This document shows positions 9,344 to 17,487 of a DNA stretch of 63,064 nucleotides, in pieces. Each line of letters begins with the position of its first letter. Within the stretch, counting starts at the first letter, position 1. This DNA is from a virus (Duplodnaviria > Heunggongvirae > Uroviricota > Caudoviricetes): the IMG/VR virus record IMGVR_UViG_3300027807_000001, positions 147,285-210,348 of that record. The stretch is one strand, 5' to 3'. Both the position numbers and the translations under genes were made by a program. The notes below the pieces were generated by a model. It was given only the letters and a program-made list of their open reading frames with translations, did not search any database and had not been told where the DNA came from.

Positions 9344-9867
9344 CACTTCTTATTTAGAATACTCTTGGGCAGCTTCGAAACCACCTTGCTATAAAGTATT
9401 TCATTACAATGCTGACAAAAATATTCAGAGATGACCTTTGTAGTTTCAACTCTTAAGCGACATTCTATAGTGTGGCTGTGGGCGTCTTCATCACCCTTGG
9501 GTTTACTTTTAATCTCGTCTTGAGGAGGAGGTTCTGCAATGATAGAAACTCCTGTTGTATATGCATTGCCTACTCCACCGGTGGACGGAAAACAGGTGGA
9601 GCAGTAACATCCATACGGGTGGCCGAAATAAGAACCGTAGGTAGAGCCTGCATTGATACTAATGCTGCCTTGCCCAGTAACAGTATTGGCGCTTAACTGT
9701 GGAGTGCTTAATGTATTGCTTACCATTACGTTTCCTGCCGAGAGGTAGTTTGTCGTAATAGAATTGGAGACAGGATTCTCGCTCCATTGCCACGAACCAT
9801 CATAGTTTGCTGTAAGAATCTGATTTGTTGCAGGTGTATTTCTCGCACTTACATTAGATGTTGACAT
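9316..9867 (-). CDS. Hypothetical protein with S/T/N-rich N-terminus and Cys/His clusters
   Basis: HPYGCYCSTC, HSH...C and CQHC motifs. Confidence 0.65.
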   Translation of the reverse strand: MSTSNVSARNTPATNQILTANYDGSWQWSENPVSNSITTNYLSAGNVMVSNTLSTPQLSANTVTGQGSISINAGSTYGSYFGHPYGCYCSTCFPSTGGVGNAYTTGVSIIAEPPPQDEIKSKPKGDEDAHSHTIECRLRVETTKVISEYFCQHCNEILYSKVVSKLPKSILNKKCLPRICKSV

Positions 9868-9890
9868 AATTATTTTCCTAATCCGTTGAT

Positions 9891-9927
9891 AAAAACTGCA
9901 TCACGATGGATTAAGTCGTGATGCAGT
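9891..9927 (-). terminator. Intrinsic terminator after recA
   Basis: ACTGCATCACGA / TCGTGATGCAGT 12-bp inverted repeat ending in a T run on the minus strand. Confidence 0.75.
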
Positions 9928-9945
9928 GGAGGTAGAGGCTGTATC

Positions 9946-10941
9946 TTACGCCTTTGTGGATGCTAGCAGTAAATCTTCTACCTGTTTAGTTAGCGTAGGA
10001 TCTTCTTGAATTGCTTTGATTGCGTTATCGCGGCCAACCCATTTATTAGCTCCTAAGGAATAAGTGTGCCCTGTTACTGTTAAAATACCCTTATCTGTCG
10101 CATACTCTAGCATGTCAAGAACTGTATCAATTCCTTTTCCATATACAAAGGTTAATTCTGCTGATTTGAGAGGAGCGGCCACTTTATTCTTGACACAAGT
10201 TATATTAATACGGTGACCTAAAACATCCTTGCCATCTTTAATGTCAGATCCGCCGGTTCTTCTGACGTTGAGACGTACGGAACTATAGAATTTAAGAGCC
10301 TCTCCGCCAGGAGTTGTCGTAGGATTTCCATACATAACCCCTACATTCTGGCGCGTCTGGTTGATAAATATCACAACTGTTTTAGTCTTTCCTACTATAG
10401 GAGTTAATTTTCTTAACGCTTGGCTCATCATTCTGGCTTGAAGCGCCATGAACTGTTTACCCACTTCTTCTTCCATTTCTGCTTTTGGAAGAAGTGCCGC
10501 AGTTGAATCTAATACAATAATATCGTACTCGTTCGTGGCGGTAAGACGTTCTAGAATCTCTAAGGCTTGCTCACCAAAATCTGGCTGAACGAAATATAGC
10601 GAGTCGGTATCAATGCCCATAGACTGAGCATACTCCACACTAAACGCATGCTCCACGTCAATAAAGGCAGCGCGCCCGCCCGCTTTCTGCGCTTGTGCGA
10701 TTGCTAGGAGGCTCATTGTGGTCTTGCCACCTGAAGGGGCACCAAAAATTTCAATGATTCTCCCGCGGGGGTATCCTCCTACTCCAATGGCTGCGTCTAA
10801 TAAAAATGAACCGGAACGGATTGCATCCACAGTAATTGCGTCCATTTCGCCCAGCATACGTACCGACGTACCTAGATCTTTTTCAATACTAGCTAATGCT
10901 TGTTTTAATGATTGTCGTTCAATCGCCACAGTTGTCTCCAT
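9946..10941 (-). CDS. recA: RecA recombinase
   Basis: GGYPRGRIIEIFGAPSGGKTT, DVEHA, QPDFGEQAL, QARMMSQALRKL, INQ.R, PGGEALKFYSSVR, KNKVA. Confidence 0.97.
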   Translation of the reverse strand: METTVAIERQSLKQALASIEKDLGTSVRMLGEMDAITVDAIRSGSFLLDAAIGVGGYPRGRIIEIFGAPSGGKTTMSLLAIAQAQKAGGRAAFIDVEHAFSVEYAQSMGIDTDSLYFVQPDFGEQALEILERLTATNEYDIIVLDSTAALLPKAEMEEEVGKQFMALQARMMSQALRKLTPIVGKTKTVVIFINQTRQNVGVMYGNPTTTPGGEALKFYSSVRLNVRRTGGSDIKDGKDVLGHRINITCVKNKVAAPLKSAELTFVYGKGIDTVLDMLEYATDKGILTVTGHTYSLGANKWVGRDNAIKAIQEDPTLTKQVEDLLLASTKA

Positions 10942-10952
10942 AAAATCAGTAT

Positions 10953-10983
10953 GAGACGAGCGGCTATCACAGCCGCTCGTCTC
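10953..10983. terminator. Perfect 13-bp hairpin between SSB-like gene and recA
   Basis: GAGACGAGCGGCT-ATCAC-AGCCGCTCGTCTC; T run follows on the plus strand. Confidence 0.55.
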
Positions 10984-10994
10984 TTTTGGAAGCT

Positions 10995-11429
10995 TTAGAA
11001 GGGTACGTCATCTACAGCTACTTCTGCACGCGGAGAAGCAGCGGTCGGCGTGGGTGTCTTCTTTGAAGAAGCAGGCGCCTTGCTCAAGCGTACTTCGGTA
11101 ACGTTTGCGAATACCTTACCGCGCTCGCTAGTCTTCTGCTCTACCGTGACCTGTACATTCTTATTCTTAAGAACGTCTACGTCAAGTTCATCTTCAACTG
11201 AAGATGTATCAATTCCCAAGCTTTGTAGCGTCTTGTCTAACTTATTACCTGGGACTAACTTTGCGGGGCGAATCATAGATACTTCTGTGCCGTCAAAGTT
11301 GCCACCTGTAATCCGGAAGAAGAACTTGAGGCAGGGCCCAAAGCTTCCTTTCGCTGGCTGAATATCAGAGAGCACTGCATTGTACTCTCCGTCCTCTACG
11401 CCTTTAGTCTTCTGAATTTTAAATCCCAC
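10995..11429 (-). CDS. Phage ssDNA-binding protein-like (DUF669-like OB fold)
   Basis: GEYNAVL..., low-complexity linker, acidic DDVPF C-terminal tail; GTG start with AGGAGG. Confidence 0.7.
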   Translation of the reverse strand: MGFKIQKTKGVEDGEYNAVLSDIQPAKGSFGPCLKFFFRITGGNFDGTEVSMIRPAKLVPGNKLDKTLQSLGIDTSSVEDELDVDVLKNKNVQVTVEQKTSERGKVFANVTEVRLSKAPASSKKTPTPTAASPRAEVAVDDVPF

Positions 11430-11467
11430 GTGTACTACCTCCTAGATTTTATAATCTGTAATTAATC

Positions 11468-11659
11468 TTACACATTCGGCGACTTTTTTCCACCGCTAAC
11501 TTGAAGTTTAACTTTCAAATTCTTTTGCTTAATAAGCTTCCAAAATCGCTTGTTACATTCAGGTACCGAAACGATACCTGTGCCGTAGATCTCTTTAATA
11601 GTCAGGTCTTTGATAGGGTCAAGATTGACCCCTAGAGCTCTTAATCCGATACGAGGCAT
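11468..11659 (-). CDS. Small SWIB/MDM2-like protein
   Basis: IKEIYGTGIVSVPECNKRFWKLIKQKNL matches the SWIB pattern L..I.G....R.E..K.LW.YIK..NL. Confidence 0.55.
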   Translation of the reverse strand: MPRIGLRALGVNLDPIKDLTIKEIYGTGIVSVPECNKRFWKLIKQKNLKVKLQVSGGKKSPNV

Positions 11660-12204
11660 TATGCTGTTTCGTCTACAGGTGTTCGACGAACTCCTAGGGT
11701 GCGCTCTCTGAACGGGCTAGCAGCAGCTCTATTAATATCCCCGATGTCTACCTGGAGCTGGATAACAGAGATCTGTCTGGAGATATTAGTATTAGCACTA
11801 TCCAATAGATTGTATTTAGCTTGGACAAGCTTCTGAAAACTCTCAGCATCATTGAGATCAATTTCGGTAGCGTTAACGCGTGCGTACTCTTCAGGGAGTT
11901 TTGCGTTGCAAGCAGCTCTTCTAAGCCCCTCAGACTTAAGTTCTGTTACAGTTCTATCACTATTAAGAATGGCGTCGAACTTTGCTTCATATAGCATTTT
12001 CGCTTCTTGGTGAGAGCGACTTCTCTCAGACACATTAGCAATAGCTTCTGCCATTATAGAGGCTACTCTGTCTTTTAGCGCATGGACTTCTGCGATCTTG
12101 GCGTTAAGTTGGCCTATACCTGTAGCAGTTGGGTCACTATCTAGTTCTATCTTAATAGTGGAGAGTTCTTTCCGGAGCTCGGAATATTTTTCGTAGGGAA
12201 TCAT
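11659..12204 (-). CDS. Helical coiled-coil protein, possible UvsY-like recombination mediator
   Basis: All-helical 181 aa near SSB and RecA genes; function inferred from context. Confidence 0.4.
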   Translation of the reverse strand: MIPYEKYSELRKELSTIKIELDSDPTATGIGQLNAKIAEVHALKDRVASIMAEAIANVSERSRSHQEAKMLYEAKFDAILNSDRTVTELKSEGLRRAACNAKLPEEYARVNATEIDLNDAESFQKLVQAKYNLLDSANTNISRQISVIQLQVDIGDINRAAASPFRERTLGVRRTPVDETA

Positions 12205-12452
12205 TATTCTTTATCCTCCGCCATGATGGGCTCTCCTGGCCGTGCGAGCTTAAGCACTTCTGAGTACTTTTCAAGGTCTCGGAGAGTCAGAGACTTCACT
12301 TGTAATGCTAACTTATCTGTTTCAGCGATAAATTCTTCTTTAGTAGTATACTCAATCTCGCGCTCTAGTCGTGTGGAGAATTCTTCAGAAGTGAAGTGAG
12401 GAGCTCCGGCGCTTAACTTACGCGAATAACTTTTTGCGATTGTAGCTTTCAT
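12204..12452 (-). CDS. Hypothetical protein
   Basis: 82-aa ORF with GAGG RBS, TAATG coupling. Confidence 0.65.
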   Translation of the reverse strand: MKATIAKSYSRKLSAGAPHFTSEEFSTRLEREIEYTTKEEFIAETDKLALQVKSLTLRDLEKYSEVLKLARPGEPIMAEDKE

Positions 12453-12463
12453 GTTAAACCTCT

Positions 12464-13147
12464 TTAAGCGGGTACTGAAAATTTTGTCGTAGAATCAAGG
12501 TAAGAGGTTGGGTCAGTTACCCCTGCTTCGACAAAGCTTTCACGTCTCTCGTAACAAGTTCCACAGACGCCGCACGCTTTTTCTCCTCCTTTATAGCAGC
12601 TCCAGGTTTCCTCGAATGAAACATTCAGCTTACTGCCGAGCTTTACAATATCCGTCTTTGACATATTAATGAAGGGGCGCTCAATCTGAACGGTATGCCA
12701 GTCCGCCAACCCAAGAGCTTTGTTTAAAGCATCAACGAACTCTTCTCGACAGTCTGGATAAATTGCATGATCGCCAGAGTGTGCTGCGTATGCAATAGTG
12801 TCTGCCTTTTCAGATATGGCCCAAGCTGCTGCGACAGATAACATTAGCATGTTTCGGTTTGGAACAACCGTAAGTTTCATGTTCTCTGCGGCATAATGTC
12901 CTTCCGGTACAGAAACCGACGCATCTGTCTGTGAACTCCCACCGAGCAACGGCTTTAGAGAAGATAAGTCTACAACTCGGTGCTCTACGCCAAGTTTTTC
13001 ACAATTTCTCTTTGCGAACTCAAGTTCCTTAGAATGTCGTTGACCGTAGTTAATAGACAGCGCTTTAACGTCCCTACCTTCTGCCTTGAGCTTGTAAAGT
13101 AAAGTGGTTGAGTCGAGACCGCCGGAATAAATCAAAATAGTTTTCAT
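12464..13147 (-). CDS. queC: 7-cyano-7-deazaguanine synthase
   Basis: SGGLDST, YGQRH..E, VPNRN, YPDCR, SCY.GG...CG.C.TC. Confidence 0.97.
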   Translation of the reverse strand: MKTILIYSGGLDSTTLLYKLKAEGRDVKALSINYGQRHSKELEFAKRNCEKLGVEHRVVDLSSLKPLLGGSSQTDASVSVPEGHYAAENMKLTVVPNRNMLMLSVAAAWAISEKADTIAYAAHSGDHAIYPDCREEFVDALNKALGLADWHTVQIERPFINMSKTDIVKLGSKLNVSFEETWSCYKGGEKACGVCGTCYERRESFVEAGVTDPTSYLDSTTKFSVPA

Positions 13148-13174
13148 CGTTAATCCTTGTTGTTTTATTAAATT

Positions 13175-13654
13175 CTACTGCTTATTACTTATACAACTTA
13201 ATTTATTAGTTACTTCTGCTACTAGATTGACAGCCTCCTCTTGATTAATGTCTTGGATCAATCTTTGGTCAACCTGGCGCATAATCTTCATTACCTCTTC
13301 TAGCTGATCCGGATGCGCATACAAGCATTCGCGAAACTGGCTGCTCAGCTGCAAGTTGAGCGTACTATTATACGGAGCAGGTTGAGCTACCCTATTAATC
13401 TTATCCCGAAGCGTCTGGAGATCGCTGTAAAGTTTATATTGCGCTTGTGCATAGGAAATTTTTTCCATCCTGGCGTAGAAATCGACTGCGTCGCCACCTC
13501 TGCTGCACGTGTAGCAATAGTAGCTATCTGTGTCCTTGTAGATAGTAAAATTTGGGCGATGTTCATCTCTATGAAAAGGGCAGTATGCGATGAATAAATT
13601 TCCTTGCTTTGTTGTCTCGAGACCGTATTTTTCTGCTAGCTCTAAAATTTTCAT
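13175..13654 (-). CDS. Stand-alone DnaG-type CHC2 zinc-finger (primase N-terminal domain) protein
   Basis: CPFHRDEHRPNF...YYCYTC.RGGDAVDF; no TOPRIM domain. Confidence 0.8.
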   Translation of the reverse strand: MKILELAEKYGLETTKQGNLFIAYCPFHRDEHRPNFTIYKDTDSYYCYTCSRGGDAVDFYARMEKISYAQAQYKLYSDLQTLRDKINRVAQPAPYNSTLNLQLSSQFRECLYAHPDQLEEVMKIMRQVDQRLIQDINQEEAVNLVAEVTNKLSCISNKQ

Positions 13655-13658
13655 AAGG

Positions 13659-13688
13659 AGAGCCCAGAGAATAGCTTTTCTGGGCTCT
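13659..13688 (-). terminator. Hairpin after cold-shock gene
   Basis: AGAGCCCAGAGAA-TAGC-TTTTCTGGGCTCT near-perfect inverted repeat. Confidence 0.55.
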
Positions 13689-13694
13689 TATTAT

Positions 13695-13910
13695 CTAGTT
13701 ATTGACTGTGACTAATGGAGTTACATTTACTGCTCGTGGACCTTTTTCGGATAATTCAAGATCGAACTCAACATCTTGCTTCTCAGTTAACGTCTTGTAT
13801 CCTTCCATCTTAATGGATGTGTGATGAACGAAAACATCCTTCCCGCCATCATCAGGGGTAATGAATCCAAATCCCTTTTGATTATTAAACCACTTTACGA
13901 AACCTTTCAT
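13695..13910 (-). CDS. csp: Cold-shock domain protein
   Basis: [23 protein letters not shown] (RNP1/RNP2), KGPRAVNV. Confidence 0.96.
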   Translation of the reverse strand: MKGFVKWFNNQKGFGFITPDDGGKDVFVHHTSIKMEGYKTLTEKQDVEFDLELSEKGPRAVNVTPLVTVNN

Positions 13911-13947
13911 GCACTATTTACCTACCTATTTTATTTTCAGTTGAAGA

Positions 13948-14184
13948 TTACAATTTTGCTAATTCAGCGCGTACTGCTGCTAAAACGGCAGTAAGCCCAC
14001 CAGATACGGACGCTTCTGCAGCCTCGAGATCAGCCTCTAAAGTTGCTTCTAAGTTCTGAAGGTATTCTTTTGCAGTAGCGAGATCAGTTATAAGTACTGA
14101 TTCTAAGTCTGACGACTCTTCGTTAAGATACCACCCAGCTGCTCCGCCCGCTAAGAACGCAAGCGCTAATAAAAAATATTCCAT
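13948..14184 (-). CDS. Small membrane-anchored acidic coiled-coil protein
   Basis: Hydrophobic N-terminal helix; AGGAGG RBS. Confidence 0.65.
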   Translation of the reverse strand: MEYFLLALAFLAGGAAGWYLNEESSDLESVLITDLATAKEYLQNLEATLEADLEAAEASVSGGLTAVLAAVRAELAKL

Positions 14185-14208
14185 AGTTTGCTCCTCCTTA
14201 CTACTATC

Positions 14209-14910
14209 TTACATCATTTTCTCAAGATCTTTCCGCAATCGTCGGATAACCGTATTGATGTTGGTGCCTGTAACACCTAGTTCTTTCGCTATACTGCTCT
14301 GGGAATGACCAGTATATAGCCTCTCCAAGATCTGCTTCTGTTTCTCGTTGCTCTTATCATAAAGAACTTTGAGAACAGCTTTGTCAGCATATTCATCAAA
14401 TATGTTCTCGTCGATGCTGAATGTGTCATACTTTGGAGCGCTGTCATCTTCTCCCCACGAAGAAACAAGAGCGTCTAAAGAATAAGTCTTTCGGTGATCT
14501 CGCTTTGCTGCTCTTGTCTTCTTTAGCTTATTGCGCAGTAGATTCTTATTGTACATCCAGAAGAAAGAAGTGAATCGGCAAAATGGCTTCTTTGTGGTTT
14601 TATATCTTTCAACAGACTCTAGAAGGTTCTCCAGTACATACGATCGAGCTTCACCGTATGAAAATGAATTATTCCAGCTGTAGCTGATAGCATCTAAAAA
14701 GTCGGGGGTACGCGTCATTACAGTTTCAATGATTTGATTCCTTAAAAGAAGGATCTTCTCTTTTAAGGAATCAATCAGAACTGGATCAGTTGCAGTAGAT
14801 AACTGCAGTTGGAGTGCTTCTCGAGCTTGAAATATAGGGAGCACTTCGTCATTCAAATCCGAGAGTCTCTGGTGGCGGGCCTTTGGTGTGGCTTTTTCTT
14901 TTTCAGTCAT
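14209..14910 (-). CDS. Phage sigma70-family sigma factor
   Basis: Region-2-like LLESVERY...FTSFFW..KN.L, SLD, region-4 HTH SQSSIAKELGVT..NINTVIRRLR; GGAG before ATG 14910. Confidence 0.7.
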   Translation of the reverse strand: MTEKEKATPKARHQRLSDLNDEVLPIFQAREALQLQLSTATDPVLIDSLKEKILLLRNQIIETVMTRTPDFLDAISYSWNNSFSYGEARSYVLENLLESVERYKTTKKPFCRFTSFFWMYNKNLLRNKLKKTRAAKRDHRKTYSLDALVSSWGEDDSAPKYDTFSIDENIFDEYADKAVLKVLYDKSNEKQKQILERLYTGHSQSSIAKELGVTGTNINTVIRRLRKDLEKMM

Positions 14911-14978
14911 CTTATCTCCATTTCGCGCCAACTCTTATTTAAAGAGTTGCCTACTGTTGATTGTAAGGCTACAATTAC

Positions 14979-15007
14979 ATTATACGATATCTAACCAAAG
15001 AAAGCAA
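14979..15007 (-). promoter_or_regulatory. Host sigma70-type promoter for sigma factor gene
   Basis: TTGCTT-N17-TATAAT in intergenic gap. Confidence 0.7.
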
Positions 15008-15021
15008 GTGGTCTCTTTGTG

Positions 15022-16794
15022 TTAAATCTCACAAACTCCCTTTGGACAGTCGTTAGCTAGCAGCTCAGCGGTGTGCTTCTCTGAGAATCTCTTCTTGGCT
15101 TCTTCCAAAGGGATGGCTTTCAGAGGTGGTTCTTCTACGGTGCCATCCTCTTTGACAAATCCGCGAGTATTTTCTCTATAGAAAGTCACCCCTTTGAGGT
15201 AGGGGAGATATTCTAACCACAGTTTCGCTACGTCTTCAATGGGATAATCTTCCGGGATGTTAATGGTCTTACTTACTGCATTGTCAATATGCTTCTGAAC
15301 AATTTTTTGCACTTCCATGTGATCTTTTACTGACAAAGAGTGCGTACCCACGAAGTGTCCTACATCCTTTCCTTCTTTCATGAATTTTTCGAAAAGAGGG
15401 TGGAATATAAGCTCGGTTTTGCGAACATCTTTATCCCAATACCTTCTTTCGTATGCAGGGGCGAACATTGGCTCTATTCCGCTAGAACAATTGCCTGATA
15501 GGATTGATACTGTCCCAGTGGGGGCTTGTGTTAAAATTGCGCAGTTTCTTATTCCGTGCTCTAGTACCAGCGATTTAATTTTTTCAGGCATCCTTTTCAT
15601 AAATCCTGACTCTATGTGTTTCTCAGGTATACATAGAGGAAATGCTCCTTTCTCTACTGCTAGCATGACTGACGCTTCGTATGCTACCTTAGAAATAAAT
15701 CTAAACAGCTTGTCAGTGAATTGATTTCCTTCTATGGAACCGTAGCGATATCCCGCTAACGTAAGCATATCCGCTAGTCCTGTAGTTCCTAGCCCTATCC
15801 TCCGGAGGTTATTTGATTTTATCTTCATTTCCGGGAGAGGGTAGTGATTAACGGATAGGGTATTGTCTAGGAATCTCACTGCTGTGCGTATAGTATTGCC
15901 TAGAAGTGCCCAATCTATTCCTGTATCTGTTATGAAATTAGGAAGTACTAAGTGGCCTAGGCAGCAGCAGTCGTAGGCAGAGAGGGCTATCTCACCGCAC
16001 GGGTTTGTCGTAACGAGCGGTTCAATATATCCAATATTGCTCTCGTTTTCCACTAATTCCCAATTTAGAAATCCGGGTTCAGCTGAGTTGTATGCGTTGT
16101 TAACAATAGTGTCCCACAGCTGTCGTGCTTTGATTGTCTTCTTATATTTTCCTTTCCACTGCAATTCCCAATCATCATTATTCTTAACAGCTTTAATAAA
16201 CTCTTTGGTTTTCTTGCTTCTCACGGAGACATTAGCGTGAGTTAGTTCTCCTTTAGTAAGCTTAGCGTTAAGAAACTCCTCAATGTCTGGATGATCCAAA
16301 TCTAGACTAAACATCAGAGCAACACGTCGTTGCCCTCCTGCTTTTACGGGTTTGGCGCATCCGTCAATCATCCTCATTAACTCTACTGCACCTGGGGCTT
16401 CTCCTTTTTGGCCGGAGATAGTAGCTCCGCGAGGCCGCACGTCGGAAAAATCATCTCCACATCCTCCTCCAGTCATAGAGGTAACTATCATGTTGTAAGC
16501 AGAATGAGCCCATCCCTCTCTTGAGTCCTTGATGGGATCTAATACGAAGCAATTCAGCAGCTGCGGGTTGATCCTTCCGGAGTTATACCATATTCTTCCG
16601 CCGGGAACAAATAAATTACTCACCAGTACTTCATTGAATTTATCCTGGTAGACTTTCTGCTTTTCTGGAATTTCGGCTGAACTTATTTGACGAGCTACTC
16701 GTAAACACGCCTCGCTCCATGTTTCCTGCTCTGTGAAGGCATATCTCTTCTGAAAAATTTCCAGAGAGAACCCTTCGGGTGTGAATTGATTCAT
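15022..16794 (-). CDS. nrdJ: Class II (adenosylcobalamin-dependent) ribonucleotide reductase
   Basis: PGGRI, NCFV, AEPG, TNPCGE, CCLG, RRIGLG, APTGT, SKTIN, terminal CPKGVC; no beta-subunit gene nearby. Confidence 0.9.
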   Translation of the reverse strand: MNQFTPEGFSLEIFQKRYAFTEQETWSEACLRVARQISSAEIPEKQKVYQDKFNEVLVSNLFVPGGRIWYNSGRINPQLLNCFVLDPIKDSREGWAHSAYNMIVTSMTGGGCGDDFSDVRPRGATISGQKGEAPGAVELMRMIDGCAKPVKAGGQRRVALMFSLDLDHPDIEEFLNAKLTKGELTHANVSVRSKKTKEFIKAVKNNDDWELQWKGKYKKTIKARQLWDTIVNNAYNSAEPGFLNWELVENESNIGYIEPLVTTNPCGEIALSAYDCCCLGHLVLPNFITDTGIDWALLGNTIRTAVRFLDNTLSVNHYPLPEMKIKSNNLRRIGLGTTGLADMLTLAGYRYGSIEGNQFTDKLFRFISKVAYEASVMLAVEKGAFPLCIPEKHIESGFMKRMPEKIKSLVLEHGIRNCAILTQAPTGTVSILSGNCSSGIEPMFAPAYERRYWDKDVRKTELIFHPLFEKFMKEGKDVGHFVGTHSLSVKDHMEVQKIVQKHIDNAVSKTINIPEDYPIEDVAKLWLEYLPYLKGVTFYRENTRGFVKEDGTVEEPPLKAIPLEEAKKRFSEKHTAELLANDCPKGVCEI

Positions 16795-16815
16795 TGCTAT
16801 CTCCTGATTTTATTT

Positions 16816-17487
16816 TTAAAAGCGAAGTGAAGCGGAAGCATAGGGCCCTAGGGTATCTATATCCCACCGATAACCGTATCCTACTCCTATATAGGTGTTT
16901 GTGAATATGCCTATTTTCTGGTGGTAAGATAGCCCCACGTCTGCAGAATGGGAGGCGATGGTTAGGTCTGGATAAAATCGCCATATTCTCCAGTAGCTAA
17001 ACTGTAGGCCAAAGTCTGCGGATGCTTTGTGGCCATTTTCACCTGGATAAATAAGGCCGGCTAACCTCATCTGCATTTCTGCGCCAAAGAAAGAATTGTC
17101 GTATCGTTCAACCAGTAGCTTATTTACATTTGGGCTACTACTTTCGACTGTCCCATTTTTTAAAACAGTTACGGTGGTAGCAGCGGTGGTGCATGCGCCT
17201 GTGCTTGTCTTGGGAATTATCTCTATGACAGAGCTTATATCTTTTCGAGGAATGTCGACGGCAGGAAGCACTTTCTTATCGATAATATGATCAATAATAG
17301 ATTTCTTTGGGGGCAAGGAAGTGATAACTGTGGCTTTACTTGCTGCCAGTATCTGTTCGTTCAGTTGACGAACTTCTTCGAGGTGTCGCGCATATCCAAC
17401 AGCTCCTATCATTATTAAGCAAGCGATGATGGTATGTAGAGCATACTGTTTGGCGGTGTTATACCAATTAGTTATTGTCGCTAACAT
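16816..17487 (-). CDS. Membrane protein with N-terminal TM helix and C-terminal amphipathic beta-strands
   Basis: IIACLIMIGAVGY TM segment; DFGLQFSY, DVGLSYH, YIGVGYGY, PYASASLRF strands. Confidence 0.6.
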   Translation of the reverse strand: MLATITNWYNTAKQYALHTIIACLIMIGAVGYARHLEEVRQLNEQILAASKATVITSLPPKKSIIDHIIDKKVLPAVDIPRKDISSVIEIIPKTSTGACTTAATTVTVLKNGTVESSSPNVNKLLVERYDNSFFGAEMQMRLAGLIYPGENGHKASADFGLQFSYWRIWRFYPDLTIASHSADVGLSYHQKIGIFTNTYIGVGYGYRWDIDTLGPYASASLRF

